Shown here: positions 35,792 to 50,892 of the stretch, in pieces
Position numbering within the stretch: the first letter of the stretch is position 1
How the letters are laid out: each line of letters starts with the position of its first letter
Origin: Minutocellus sp. GHC0000111
Taxonomy: Eukaryota
Direction of reading: 5' to 3'
Length of the DNA stretch: 64,000 nucleotides
Assembly: GCA_977018835.1 (NCBI GenBank)
Contig: OZ361256.1
Location: 5,208,001-5,272,000, forward strand
Position numbers and translations under genes: made by a program
Notes under the pieces: generated by a model
What the model was told of the DNA's origin: nothing
Databases searched by the model: none
What the model saw: only the letters and a program-made list of their open reading frames with translations

Positions 35792-37749
35792 ATGCTCCGC
35801 CGCGCCGCCTACGAGGCGGCCGCCTCCCATGCCAGGGCCTCGTCATCGTCGGGCGTAGGCCGGCGCCGCTGTCGTTCTGCTCTCATGCAGCAGGGCGTCA
35901 TCGATGGTCGCTGGGCAGCGACAACAACAAACAGAAGCTGGAGCAGCAGCACGTCGTCGTTGTCGGTACTGATGTTGACACCACCAAGCTTGACCGCTCA
36001 ATATCATCATGTGGCTGCTGCTGCTTCGTCAACAACAACAATATCAAATATTCCATCAGTATCATCCTCGGGCCGCGACGCCCTTCAGCAAAGTGCTCGG
36101 CAGCAGCATGCAGCCCAACAACGCCGGCACATGGCCGACAACCTCCTGGGACACTCCCCGATGGCCCGCCCGGATCCCCGTCCCAAGGCAACGTTCGATC
36201 CGGCCAACCCGAACAAACCTTTGGTCGGGGTCGATTCCAACACGGCCGGCGGGGGCGTGTGGGCCCAAACCTCCGCCAAGCGCGACAAGCTGGCCGAACT
36301 CAAGTTGGAAATTCCCCCCGAGCTAAGGACGTTGGACGATATGGCGACACCCGTCCAGAAGCTCGATTTGGACATGACCGATGGTCTGCGGTTGGTGGCC
36401 AGGGCGTCGATGGTGCTTGGGCCGATCAAAGAGGTGCTACCAATAGTAATGGTGGTGAAGACAGTGCTATTCACAAGGCACTGGCCGAACTGCAAACCTT
36501 TCTGGACAAGAAGGATGCCAAACAGGAGAAGCAGACGACGGACACTGCCCCCACCATGGTGGGGAGGGAACGGTTCGAAGCGCACCTGTCCGAGGTGATG
36601 AGGATACTGGAACCGGACATGGCGGCCGCGTCGCCGGCGGACAAGTTGACCCCCCAATCGGCCCTGGCGCACCTGCGTGACTTTACCGTATACGAACCAG
36701 AGGGAGGAGAGAAGAAGGACGGCGATGATACGGGTAGTGCCGATGACAAGAAGGACGATGCCTCTGCCGCCGATAAAGACGGAAGTGATGCTGACGTAAA
36801 TGCATCATCATCGAAAACAACACCAACAGCAAATTCTACACTGCCGGCAATACCCGACGAGGTCGAGGTCGATGCCGACCTGCGCTCGGCCGAGGATCCC
36901 TTCGACGCTTGTGCGTCGTATCTGCGCCTCCTCACCGTGAGGAATGCCGCGGCCATCCTTCGAGAATCGTGGGACGACCTGACCAAGCTCACCGATGGCG
37001 ACGTCGATCGGGCGGCCGTCCGGGGCGATCCCAGCGATGCCCCCACGACGCTGGCGTTGGAGGACGTCAACGACGTCCTCAGAGCGTATGCGTCGGGTTC
37101 GTGCAAGGATCGGGTGGTGGCGTTGTGGAACCTCGTGGACAAGGACAACGATGGTCTCATCGATGAGGTGGAGATGGACTACCTGGCCCATTGGAGTATG
37201 AAGCCGGTCGAGGCGGCACTCCATCAATTCTTTGAAGAAGCACTTGAGGAGTTGCCAGCTGCTGAGGATGCCCTTGCGGCGGCTGGTGGTAGTGATACCA
37301 GCAGTACACCTCCTAAAAAGAAGGGATGGAGACAGCGTCGCAGGGATGCCAAAACCAAGAAGAGGATGATCAAGTTGTTCAACAAGGCAATAGCCAACCA
37401 CTTTGACGTTGAGGTGGAAACTCCCCATCGCCTCCGATGCATCTACGCATGGGCCGAGAAGGAGCATCAGAACAACCGCATTGATTCCGTCCACATCGAA
37501 TCCGGCACCATCGCCGGACGAAAGAGGTATGTGGAACTGGCGCCGAAAATATCACTGGAAGAGTTCCGGTCCGAGCAGCAGGAGCACTTTGGCCATTTGG
37601 ACCGCGTCGGAGAAGAGATATTGTCTTCGTTCCGGGAGGATCTGCTCGTTGATCAAGGCAAGGGACGACAAAATAAGCAGGAGAGGAGAGATATGCTGCT
37701 CTTCCTCGGTGCTGTCAGTGCGGTTGATGCCGTCATCTGGAGTCTTTAG
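35792..37749 (+). CDS. EF-hand-containing protein with mitochondrial-type presequence and C-terminal anchor; frameshift near 36420
   Basis: MLRRAAYEAA... presequence in ORF 35792; EF loop DKDNDGLIDEVE in ORF 35689..37749; adding one G to the G-run at ~36420 joins the frames. Confidence 0.7.
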
Positions 37750-37972
37750 AGTACTGTACACGTAGATTCTTCCAAACAGATGTCATCTCTAGTAGCTAGG
37801 CGAACAGTACATAATTTACCAAATTACTGAAGGATAGAGTTTCTAAGTTCATAATTGTGGTGAGCTACGTAGCTGATACTTTATCTTCTACGCGCTTATC
37901 ATATGTATCATATTCATTTGACGAACTAACAAATAGCGCGCCACCCGCCCACAAACGTAGTGCTTCAAGCAT

Positions 37973-39234
37973 CTACTTGGCATCTTCGGGCAGGAGAGAG
38001 TCTACAAATTGACCGAGGGTGTAAGCGACTGTGGCACAAGCGCCGCCAAGGAGGAGCGTCTCCAAACCGCACAGATACCACCGGCTGGTACTGAATAGGC
38101 TCTTCACGCAGCCCATCAAAAACAGAACGGCACCGGTAATAACGCAGGCAGCCGCAAAGAGGTCCTGCTCGTCCCAGTGAGGGAACGAAGCCGGGAAGAT
38201 AGCATACCCCAGCAAGGGCATGGCACCAAAGATGGCAAAGCTGCAAAACATGACAACTCCCTCCTTCATGGCCTCCATTTCATGGTCCTCCTCGGGAACT
38301 TGCAGCTGAAGCTCTTCGGCCATCATGACGTCCACGAAGAAGTCCTTGTACTTGGACATGGTCGTGATGACCTGCACGGCATCGGCCCGGTCCATTCCGC
38401 GCTCCACGTAAATGTCGACCATCTCCTCGATCTCACCCTCGGGGTAGTTCTCCATCTCCCATGCCTCTCGCTTGCGTTCCGATAGGATCCACTCATTCTC
38501 GGCCTTGGAGCTCAAAAACTCTCCGACTCCCATGGACAACGCATCGGCAAAAATATTGCTAAACCCAAGTACTAGAATCACCTGGGTGGACAGATTACCA
38601 CCTGCTGCGCCCGATACAATGGCAAAGGAGGTCAGAATGCCGTCGAGGCCGCCAAAGATGACGGATTTGAGGCTGCCACCCTCCTCCTGATGGGCCTCCT
38701 CATTCTGCTTGCCCTCGTGCCGCTTGTCATGGAATTTCCTGCGGAAAAGGAGGGAGAGGTGGGGGTGAGCAGGAGCAATTGTTAGAATGTTTGATTCGGA
38801 TAAGTAGAAGGTGTCTGCTGGAATGAGTTGATGTGGCTGGTGACAATGCATGGGGCTCTGGCTCACGTGCAGCCATTGCTCGTGCAACCAGCGTCACACA
38901 TACGAACTCGTACATGTAATGCCAAGATACCGCCCAACCCCCGCATGAAATCCCCAACAAAAAAGTATACGATCCGAAGCAAACGTATTGATTTGGCAGC
39001 CACTGATTCCGGTGGTCAAAGCATTGAAATGTAGCTGTGAGAGGCAACCCGAACAAACCCATCACATCATCATGCTTGTGGCTCCCACGTCCGCACGCCT
39101 TGCATTGCTTGGACTCACTTGGATGCCTCGACTGAGCCGCTCTCGTAAGCCTTTCTGGCGTTGGGACCGTTCGACTCGGGGAGAAGGCTCGTCCCCTCCC
39201 CCGCTACCGCTGGTGCTTCCTCGTCTCTGGCCAT
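37973..39234 (-). CDS. VIT1: Vacuolar iron transporter VIT1/CCC1 family; exons 39234-39119 and 38738-37973
   Basis: LKSVIFGGLDGILTSFA, NIFADALSMGVGEFLS, ERKREAWE and MMAEEL; phase-2 intron GTGAGT...CGCAG gives MARDEE...SVEASK|KFHD. Confidence 0.92.
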
Positions 39235-39394
39235 GGTTGCACTTCTTATTTTTGCTGGCTGGTGTGGCGGTTGATATCAATCTCCATTCTTCATGGCCAT
39301 CATCGCTTCGCTTCCTCGCGCTCTGACTCTGGCTGGATTGACTCACTCGACCAAAGGAAATGGGTGAAATAAGTGCTCATTCTCCAGCACCACC

Positions 39395-40795
39395 ATGAAC
39401 GACGAGCCGGAAATGGACGGGGACGATCTGGTGCGCCAGACGGACCTGCTGATCCAGCAGCTTGCGGCGGCTCGTGCGTCGAGCGGTGTTCCGGCGTCTC
39501 CCTCCAAGAGCGTTCATCCACAGCAGCACGATGGCTATTCGATACCGAACGAGGTGACGATTGGTCTGCCCGCCGGTGGAGATGAAGATGAAAGTGCCGG
39601 GAAGAACGACCATGGGACCCTTTCGACTGCCGACGTGACGGGCGACGCCGATCAGGACGACGATGGTGGCGATGAATCCTCCACGAGTAGCGATGGCGAG
39701 TATCAGGACGCAGTGCAGGGATCAACCTCGAGCGACGGCGGCGGTATCATTCAACCCGGTCCGCAAGATTTGGACTATCTGGCCCAAGTAAACACACACG
39801 GAGAGACACAGACATCGGCAAAACCAACTCCAACTGCGCTCCGGGCAAAGATCATGGAAAAGTACGGTCGGGAGGGGAGCAGTAGTAATGTCATCGATGG
39901 AAGTCAGCAGCAGATCCCATCGTCCATAACATCATCATCGTCACAAAGCAAGAAGAAAAAGAAGAAGGCAGACAAGAAGAAACGAAAAGAGGGTAGCAGC
40001 AGCGGCCGGAAGAAAAAGACAAGTGGAGGCGGAAAGTCAGCAACCGTTGCTCACGGGTATGGAGCCGACTACACACCATCAATGTCGACATCGACACCAG
40101 CCCCGGCCCCGGCTCGCACACCAACCCGAGTTGCACCAACGGCAATACCAACTACGCCACAAGTCTATGCAGGTGGATATCAGGGGACGCCGAATGAATC
40201 TTTGCAGGAGGCCATGCGACAGGCAGAGATAGCCGAGGATGCAGCCCGACGAATGAGGGAGGCGGTTTCCGTCCACCAGATGGATAGAGACGGCGCTAGT
40301 GGCATGCCTGGCTTTGGCAACAGCGGTCCTGGGCGGTACGGGCCGAGTCCAAATCCAGGATCTGCCAGAGTTGGTGCGTCGTTTTTGGAGACGGGAGCCA
40401 CGGCGTGCATACGCGAATTGCTCAGCTGTTTGGCCGACCCATTGGCTGCCTTGGCGGGAGACAATGCCGCACCGGCGGGTAGCAGCGTGACTGGATTTGG
40501 TGGCATGGAGGATCCTCACCCGCGATGGGCGAGGGCGTCTGGAAACTATGAGTATGTCCCTGTTCCCAATTTTGGGCACACATTTGGCGGTGGTGGCGCT
40601 CCAGCAGCTGCAGTTGCCACCGGTAAAGGTAGTGCCACAAATAGCTCTATTGGGGGGATGGGTGGAGGTCATGGTGATGAGAAACCTGCTGGGGCAGGAA
40701 AACACGAAAGTGAGAGGCAACAGAATGATCACGGTGACGCAACATCGGAAAGAAAGGGACTGCTTAGCGGAACTGGTTACGATTCGACCTGGTAA
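39395..40795 (+). CDS. Low-complexity protein of unknown function
   Basis: 466-aa intact ORF with a Lys-rich NLS-like stretch; divergent from VIT1. Confidence 0.6.
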   Translation: MNDEPEMDGDDLVRQTDLLIQQLAAARASSGVPASPSKSVHPQQHDGYSIPNEVTIGLPAGGDEDESAGKNDHGTLSTADVTGDADQDDDGGDESSTSSDGEYQDAVQGSTSSDGGGIIQPGPQDLDYLAQVNTHGETQTSAKPTPTALRAKIMEKYGREGSSSNVIDGSQQQIPSSITSSSSQSKKKKKKADKKKRKEGSSSGRKKKTSGGGKSATVAHGYGADYTPSMSTSTPAPAPARTPTRVAPTAIPTTPQVYAGGYQGTPNESLQEAMRQAEIAEDAARRMREAVSVHQMDRDGASGMPGFGNSGPGRYGPSPNPGSARVGASFLETGATACIRELLSCLADPLAALAGDNAAPAGSSVTGFGGMEDPHPRWARASGNYEYVPVPNFGHTFGGGGAPAAAVATGKGSATNSSIGGMGGGHGDEKPAGAGKHESERQQNDHGDATSERKGLLSGTGYDSTW

Positions 40796-41139
40796 CCTGA
40801 ACACATGTCGGATTTGATTTAGATGGTTGGCAACGATGCTTTGATGAGTTGCCTTAATAAACGAACTTACCGTAGATCTACCGGCACCGGTACCGGCACC
40901 GGTATAAGCCGAGCCTGACTGACTGATACATGTGTATATTGTCAGTCAGAGAGACCTCTCACACTCTGCACTGCTGCAGACAGTCCCCACAAGAAGAACA
41001 GAACACATTTTGACTTTAGACTGTAGACCTACTAATTACCATGGTACCTGTAGATCTATGCACCAATTGGTAGCACTTCAAGATACGGTATATTTTTGAG
41101 AAGAAAGCAGGGTGCAAGGGCATATTTCAAGTGGTGTTA

Positions 41140-41604
41140 CAGTCCGTTCTCACCTACAAGCAATTGAGCTCTCGGCCCGAGCCCTCAAATTGCTTACTAC
41201 TTCAAAAAAAAATGGGGTCTGGGCTAAGCAATACGACGTGGCAGATGCTAAATCAAATTGCTATATGCACATAGTAAAAAATTGCTAGTAAAGTCAAACA
41301 AAGGTCGAAATTTCCTCACTCCAGCTTAACAGCAGACCAAGCGCTTAGACTGACGCCGATGTCCTCGCCAGTAGCAAGAGTGTCGAAGTCTTCCTTGGAC
41401 AGGCATGAAACTCCGTCCTCGCCAAAATCCTGAGGGATGTAATCTCCATCATCATTCCAGCTGTTTCCGAGATGACACAAACTGCTGGAACAGCTCTGAA
41501 ACTAAGCAATTGCCCAGCGACGAGGCCTCAAATTGCTTAGCATAAAGCAAAATCTCAGCCCTCACCTAAGCAATTACCAATTGCTTATAGGTGAGAACGG
41601 ACTG
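41140..41604. mobile_element. 465-bp non-autonomous Tc1/mariner/pogo-type element (MITE)
   Basis: 27-bp TIRs CAGTCCGTTCTCACCTA(C/T)AAGCAATTG with 1 mismatch; TA on both sides (41138-39 and 41605-06); internal AATTGCT/AGCAATT repeats. Confidence 0.9.
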
Positions 41605-41998
41605 TATTTGAAAGCAACTCCTTCCTTTTGCTTGCTGACGACGGTCAGATCGGTATCACAAGCGAGAGCAGAGAGCAGAGATCAGGGCAGGGAGCAGGGA
41701 GGCGGCAGATGCAGCATCTCGCATCTCGTATTATTACCCGTGTACATGGATTGATGCTTGCCCCCAAAGCACGCAGCGGTCTGAAAGAGTGCTGTATTAT
41801 CGTGTAATTTTGTATATCGAAGGCAAATCCAGCTGTGAGCATTAGCAGTGCAGCAGCAGCAAAAGTGCCGCCGATCAACCCTCTCATCTCTGACGACTGA
41901 CTCTGACGACTGACTCACACCGCGATCGGTCTTCGTGGCGCGGTGGATAGAGAATTTTTCGCACCGGCACATAATTACTGGGTTAGACAAAATCAAAT

Positions 41999-42451
41999 AT
42001 GGGACAATCTGCGTCGAAGGAATCGACTCCTCCAGAAGTACAGGAGGAATCTGTGGCTGGTGATCGAACAGACGCCCCGTTGCAGAGTACGAGTACTGCC
42101 GCTGCTGAAGCACAACAACCAAAGCAAAGACAGCCGAACAAGGTCAGAGAGGGCCCATGCGCACAAATATTCGAGGACTTAGATAAGTGTGCTGCCGAGA
42201 AAGGGGTCACAAAGCACGCGGTGAGTTTCACTACTGAGTGTACGACATTTGGAACTGCCGGTAGGTATTCTTACAGCTACAAAATCTCTTTGCAACGGTA
42301 TTGATACATTCTAATATTATCCAATCTTATTCCCCATGCATTCAATACATTATCTCTCTCCTTGCAGGAGAAACTTCAGGCATGTCCCACAGAAACCGAT
42401 CGAATCATCAAGTGCATGAACAAAAATCCAGAGTACTTCTTGGGCAAATAA
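41999..42451 (+). CDS. Small twin-CX9C (CHCH) protein; exons 41999-42220 and 42368-42451
   Basis: C-AQIFEDLDK-C and C-PTETDRIIK-C after splicing GTGAGT...TGCAG (phase 0); MGQSAS N-terminus. Confidence 0.8.
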
Positions 42452-42571
42452 AAAGGAATTGGCGGGCAGTTATCCAACTGATTATCTCTACAGCACGCGT
42501 ACAATGATAGCATACACTCTAGCACGGTAACTTTACTTGCTAAAACAACAATAGCGACTTCATGCACGTAT

Positions 42572-45500
42572 TTATTTCTTATTTTCAACGTAGCTTTCAA
42601 TGACATCACCAGCCTCAAAGTCCTCAAAGTCAATAAGGCCAATACCACACTCATCACCCTCCGAAATAGAGTCAACCTCAGACTTGAAGCTGCGCAACGT
42701 CCTGACTCTGCTCTCTGCCAGGATCTTGTCTCCTCTCATAATACGGACGTTGCTGCCCTTCTTAATGATGCCATCTGTACATCTGCTACCAGCGATATTG
42801 CCGGTACCGCCAATGTTGAAGACTTCTTGGACAAGAGCAGCACCGACATATTCTCCCTCAGGCGTCGGCGACAGAACCTCTTGCATTCGCGATTCGACAG
42901 ACTCGATGGCATCGTAGCTGCATCAAGAAGAAAGTGTGAAAAAGGAAAGAAAGAGTGAGTACGAGTAATGTGCATTAAAGGGATACAAGGATAAGATGAA
43001 GAAGTGCAGTACCAAAACTCACATGATACTGTAGTATTCAATGGGAACATTGGCCATGCGGGCATCCTCCTGAGCGGCAAAGTTAGCCGCGACGTTGAAG
43101 GCAAGCACCGTCGTGTCGGGAGTGACACTGGCAACGGCAATGTCGCTCTTCGAAACCTCTCCGGCCTCACTGATCAATACCTTAATGGTTACAATAGCTT
43201 CGTCGTTCTCGAGCTTGAGCTCGGAGAGAGCTCGGGTCAATGCCTCGGCGGATCCCTGAACGTCGGCCTTGACAACGACGCACATCTCACGGCGCTCCTT
43301 GATGGCCTCTCCAGAGAAGATGTTTTGTGTAATAGATTGCATCAAATCAGACTGGTACGAATCGCCTGCAATCTCGCGCTGGATACGTTCTCTGCTGGCA
43401 GCCAGCTCGCGCGCAATCTTCTCATCCTCGGCGACAACAATTAGATCTCCAGCGCTCGGAACGCCGTTGAATCCAACAATATTCACCGGCGTACTTGGGC
43501 CAGCCTCCTTAATTCGTGTCTTTCCATCGGTGGCAATCAGGGCCTTGACCTTACCACTCGTAGAGCCGGCAACAAAGACGTCGCCAACCCTGAGGGTACC
43601 CCGCTGAATTAGAGAGGTGGCGACAGTACCAAGACCCTGCTCAACACGCGCCTCGATGACAACGCCCTGTGCATCACGGTCAGGGTTGGCCTTGAGGTCC
43701 TGAACCTCGGCTTGGAGCATAATCTTATCGAGAAGGTCATCAAGGCCTTCGCCCGTCTTCGCACTAATGTCCGAAGATAGAATGTCGCCACCAAGATCTT
43801 CGGTAAGGACATCGTACTGGGTAAGATCGGACTTGACGCGGTTGGGGTCGGCCGTCTCAAGAATCGCACTTGTTCACAGCAACAATAAGAGGGACACCGG
43901 CCTGTCTGGCACAGGCGATGGAATCGGCAGTCTGCTGCATAACACTGTCATCTGCCGCAACGACGAGCACCACAATATCGGTAATATTGGCGCCACGTTC
44001 ACGCATGTCGGTAAAGGCAGCATGGCCAGGCGTGTCGATGAAAGAAATCGTCTGACCATTGTGCTTCACCTGATACGCATCAATTGCTTGGGTGATTCCG
44101 CCGGCTTCGCCAGCAGCGACATTGCTCTTGCGAATGGTATCAAGCAACGTCGTCTTACCATGATCGACGTGGCCCATAATAGTAACGACAGGAGGGCGAG
44201 TCTGAAGAGTGTCGGGATCGTCTTCATCAACGATAAATCCAACACTGAGAGCAGAGTCCTCATCAATTTCTTCGTCCTCATCATCCCAGTCCTCGTCATC
44301 GCCACCGACAATCTTGCCGAAGCCCTCAGCAACAGCCACGCAGGTCGGGTTGTCCACCATCTGTGTCGTGGAAGCCATAACACCAAGATTGGTCATGAGG
44401 AATTTGATAACGGAAACTGGGGTCTGGTCGATGATTTCAGCCAATTCAGAAACAGTAATCGGATTGCTGTTTTTGAGAATCAATTGAGAAGCAGAAAGGA
44501 GGATACGTGAGAAAAGGTGCAAGACAATGAAGGACCGCAACAAAGAAATCAATCAATCAATACCTCATAGTATACTCACTCTGGGAGAGAGACAGTACGG
44601 CGCTCGATGGCAGCCTCCTCTTTCGCCTCCTTCTCGGCAGTGCGATCGCGTCTCCTGAGAGATCCACGCTTTTGAGACCTCTGTGCCTGGCGACCCTTCT
44701 TACCAGTGCCGATGCGCAGATTGACGCGCTGCCTCCTCGGAGCATCGCCATCACCTCTTCCTCGGCCAGCCTTTCGCTTGGCAGGGCGGTCACGGCCACG
44801 GCCTCCGCCGCCGCCTCTGTCTGAGTTGACGGAGACTGTAATATTTATTTGTACGGACGATTTGCATTATACATCACATCGGGCATTGGGGAGAATGAGA
44901 TTTAAAAGAGAGAAAGAGTGAGAACAAATGTAGACATAACACCCTTGTCGCTACAATACGGGATTCCCTCCGATAAACAACACAACTTCATCGAACAATG
45001 AATACTCTCTGAGAGTACTACTAGTACGACGCTAAGGCCACACATGAAATCAAACGCACCATCGACGCCACCTCCACCTCCAGAGCCAGAGGCAGAGGCA
45101 GATGCCACGACGCGGCCACCACCGCCTCCTCTGCCACCGGCAGTATCACCCCGTCCACCACCTCTGCCACCACCTCTACCACCGCGGCCACCACCTCTGC
45201 CGCCACGTCCGCCACCGTCGTTGTTGTACTCCCTGGGCGGAGGACGTTCGGGCCTCTCCACGGCAATCCTCTGCACCTGCAAGGGGTTGGCCAGCTTGAG
45301 AGTTGGGGGACCGTCACCTCGTCCACCGCCACGTCCCCGGCCTCTGCCGCCACGTCCTCCCCGACCGCCGCGTCCACCGCGACCACCTCTGCCACCGCCA
45401 CGGCCACCTCCTCTGTAGCCGCCATCGTCGCCTCGGCCCTGCTGGGCCTGAACCTGCGTCAGCGGATTCTTGAGGAGGAGGTTGTCCCCTCCATCCTTGC

Positions 45501-45914
45501 CAGCGAGCAGAGAAATGATTCTGCATCGCCGTCACATATGTTATCACAAGTCAGTCGGTATAGTGGCACAAATGAATAAAATTATCATTTGTCGTAAAGA
45601 GATGGAAGTGGGAGGTGAGTGACGAGTTTTCTCACTCGGAAGAATGTCAAAAGTAGAGAAAGAGCGCAAGACGCGTCACAATACTCGAAATGAGCGAGCT
45701 CGGGCTCAAGACGCAGCAAACACCAACAACATGAAGCAAATTCGACCAACTGAACTTACCCTGCCTGCTCAGTCTTGGCGCCGGTGTTGGCAACGACAGA
45801 TGATGCTCCACCACCGACCACGTTGGGCCGACGAGGAACGACAAAGGCCGACGCAGCCCCGATCAACAGGGCTGCCCAGAGGGCGACGGCCCTCTTGCTC
45901 ATACGGGAGGGCAT
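42572..45914 (-). CDS. infB: Plastid translation initiation factor IF2, multi-exon; frameshifts near 45890 and 43862
   Basis: [51 protein letters not shown] and [16 protein letters not shown]| presequence; introns include 42918-43022 and 44467-44579; Gly/Arg-rich N-terminal exon. Confidence 0.93.
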
Positions 45915-46297
45915 TTTGTTTACTAATATACGTTAGTGACCTTCTGCAACCTCCGCAAATGTATCTTTTAGCAGCGTGAAAGTAGCTGTCCTTGACGCGC
46001 AACGATACAGACAACGTTGCCAAAGAATGCAATGGGGTTGAAGCGGCTTGGCGAACGACGGACAGGTAACGTAAGTGCGTCAGAGGCGAGAGGCGTTGGT
46101 CGATCCACTCATTTAAGAGATAATTTTCCTCGAACTGGGATCAACAAAGACTTGAGGAGTGTACTCTGCGACACTTATCAATCGAACGAGTCAAGCGTCA
46201 TCGTCAGCCCATCACTTCCTGCGTCAGTAAACGTTGAGTTGGCGGCATATCATTCCATCTTGCTTTGAAGGGACTGGGAGCTTCAAGAAGCACATAA

Positions 46298-48321
<2,024 letters not shown>

Positions 48322-48420
48322 AAATTTTAAAGATTTACGTAGAAGTTGCTACTAGCTAGTAACATGTACAGCAGCGATTTTTTCTTATATACAAATAAAT
48401 ACAATTGATTTACGTGCGAA

Positions 48421-50892
48421 TTAGCTTGCCTGCCACTTCATCCTCGTCTTGGAATTGGTCCTCTTGAGGCTGGTCCGGAAGCGACTCTTGCTGCCAGATG
48501 TAGTACTTGAGGAGGGCGCCGTTGGGGTTGCTTCCGTCGCTGTCGCCTGGTACTGCTCGAGCGCGGCGTTCGCAAGATTCTTGGCCTTGTTTCCCCACGG
48601 CGAGGATGATCGGGTACTCTTGCCTCGTTTCCCACCCTTGAGGAACCGTCGAGGTGCTGGAGCGGCGGTACTACTAGTGCCGGCATCATTTGGGCTGTCC
48701 TCGTCGTCGGCAGGTTCCGGTGATTTGTTCCCTTCCTCCTCGCCACTGCCATCGTAGCCGTCGGAAGAGGAGTAGATGGGTGCTAAATCTGTGGGGTTGG
48801 CTTGATCGTCGTCAGAGGACGATGAGGTCGTTCTCTGAACTCCGTTGCTTTGGCCTTGTGGCACTTGGTGTGTTGTTTTTGCTGGAAGGGCTGGAACATT
48901 CGCATATTCCGGTGGTGCTGGGGAGGCCCCACCGAGGCAGGTCAGAACCAAGGCTGCCTCCATCTTGGCCTCCAAATCGGCCACATTGTTCATCGATGTC
49001 GGAGGTTGGAGCTGCTGTTGCTGTTGGACCGAGGGAGGGCCGGCGCTGACGGTAGAAGGGCCAGCAAAACCAGTAGATGACGAAGGAGGGCCAGGCGATG
49101 GGGTGGCAGAGTGGTTGATGTGTTGCATCATACCCTTTCGGGGTGGGAGTAGATGCCCATTGGCAAGTCCAGGTGGAAAGGCGGGGTGCTGCCCGTTTTG
49201 ACGCAAGGGAATACCCCCCATCGGTGGTGGAGTTGGCGGAGGTCCCACTGGACCGACGCTTCGAGGTTGCTGTTGCAACGAAGTTGGCGGTGGTGTTTGA
49301 TGGTGATGAGCATTAGCAGTAGGAGGTGGTATTTTCATCTGCAGTACATGCGGCGGCTGTCCCGCCCTGTCCGATGGAACAGATACCAGAAAAGGAGGAG
49401 GTGTCGGTGCCGATATGTCCATCATGGTGGGATGGTTATTGGCAGGATTGGGCATGTTGGTACCAGCAGCAGTACCTGCGGGTGCTGCTGGTGCGTTTGG
49501 TGCATTTGGTGGAGCAGCGGCCCAGTCTCGAAATTCCATCACGACGGGCTTTCTGCTGGCACTGCCCCGTGATCGGCGACCACTTACAGAGGACGACACG
49601 GAGGCAACGGAGGCGACGGAGGCACCCGACGACTTGATGCCACGGACTCGGTTCCTACTCTTGGTCCTGCCTGCCATTCGGGCACTGGTAACCGAACCGG
49701 GAAGGGAGGCGACGCCGCTGGCATGATTGTGCGCTGCCATCATTTTCGCGATGGATGCAGGGCTGGGCGTGGGCATGGGCATAGCCATGGCTTGCGAATG
49801 TGACAGTGATGCGGCTGCCCCTGCTGCCATGGGATCGGCGGGGGCGATGCCTTGCTCGGTAACGACGACTCCACCGGGAGGCATGGGCGGAGGTGCTCCA
49901 GGACACATGGGATGGAAGAGGCTGGTAGGCGGTGGACCGCCGACAGCACCCGGCTCGCTGCGGGCGGATGCGGACGCAGATGCAGATACCACCGATGCGG
50001 CGCCGGCCATACTAGCGGTGCCGGCAGTTGCGCTGGGGTTGGACGCTACGGACGCCGCTCGCGACGGTGGCCGGCTGTTGGTTGAATAGTCGACGCCGTA
50101 GAAGACGCCAGGAGCCGTCGAAACCGGACCGGGAAGAGGGACGCCAACGGGGACCGATCCGACAAAACCTCCTCCACATCCACTGGCGGAGAATCGTCTG
50201 GAATTGGCGGGGTGAGGAGCAGCAGTTGCGCCGACACCGCCGACGACTACCGGAGCGCTGGCCACCGACTGGGCGCAATCCAACAAGTTGTGCTGTCCAG
50301 GTGCAGAAGCGGCAGATACGCTGCTCAGCTGATGGAAGAGAAGTTGGCTCTTGGACGATGTGCTGCGCTTTCTTCGCTTCGACGAGGCTCGGGATATGTC
50401 ATCGTCGTCTATGGAAGCGATGGCGGGGGAGGAAGCGGACGCCAGGGTCGATTGAAGGCCGGGTTGATTCCCCGGTGCAAAAGTTCCGGAAGATGTGGGG
50501 GGGGGGGGGGGTCCGATAATATAGTCAGACGATTTATGTTGTTTCTGGGCGACGGCGGCTGCCACCGCCAATGACTTGGTCCCCAGGGTTGACGAGGAGC
50601 ACACCGTCGTGGCCTCATCGTCGTGTTGCGAGGTGCCGGCCGCCGCCTTCTTCTCCGCTGAAGTCGCTGCCGCTGACGTCGAGGAGGATTGAGAAGTCTT
50701 TCTTGGGTATGTCTTGCGCACTACCGAACCGCCGCTCGCCACCGCCGCGGCGGCCGCTTCCGCCGCGCCGCGATCGCCGTGCCGGATCGACACATCGTCC
50801 TCCGGCAGCGCGGCATTGGAGCTGCTCTTCGAGGCGTTGAGGCTCACCCACCGGTTGATCGCCCCCTGGAGGCCGAACCGGGAGGGCGCCAT
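48421..50892 (-). CDS. Pro/Ser/Ala-rich disordered protein, possibly a transcriptional regulator
   Basis: 823-aa intact ORF; short amphipathic motif LEAKMEAALVLTCL; basic C-terminus. Confidence 0.6.
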   Translation of the reverse strand: MAPSRFGLQGAINRWVSLNASKSSSNAALPEDDVSIRHGDRGAAEAAAAAVASGGSVVRKTYPRKTSQSSSTSAAATSAEKKAAAGTSQHDDEATTVCSSSTLGTKSLAVAAAVAQKQHKSSDYIIGPPPPPTSSGTFAPGNQPGLQSTLASASSPAIASIDDDDISRASSKRRKRSTSSKSQLLFHQLSSVSAASAPGQHNLLDCAQSVASAPVVVGGVGATAAPHPANSRRFSASGCGGGFVGSVPVGVPLPGPVSTAPGVFYGVDYSTNSRPPSRAASVASNPSATAGTASMAGAASVVSASASASARSEPGAVGGPPPTSLFHPMCPGAPPPMPPGGVVVTEQGIAPADPMAAGAAASLSHSQAMAMPMPTPSPASIAKMMAAHNHASGVASLPGSVTSARMAGRTKSRNRVRGIKSSGASVASVASVSSSVSGRRSRGSASRKPVVMEFRDWAAAPPNAPNAPAAPAGTAAGTNMPNPANNHPTMMDISAPTPPPFLVSVPSDRAGQPPHVLQMKIPPPTANAHHHQTPPPTSLQQQPRSVGPVGPPPTPPPMGGIPLRQNGQHPAFPPGLANGHLLPPRKGMMQHINHSATPSPGPPSSSTGFAGPSTVSAGPPSVQQQQQLQPPTSMNNVADLEAKMEAALVLTCLGGASPAPPEYANVPALPAKTTHQVPQGQSNGVQRTTSSSSDDDQANPTDLAPIYSSSDGYDGSGEEEGNKSPEPADDEDSPNDAGTSSTAAPAPRRFLKGGKRGKSTRSSSPWGNKAKNLANAALEQYQATATEATPTAPSSSTTSGSKSRFRTSLKRTNSKTRMKWQAS

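Noticed and set aside
40915..40948. Small inverted repeat ctgactgac...gtcagtcag as a terminator or MITE
   Set aside because: 9-bp low-complexity arms with no TSD and no second copy
45060..45425. CCACCG-rich tandem repeats as a non-coding satellite
   Set aside because: They encode the Gly/Arg-rich N-terminal region of IF2 on the minus strand
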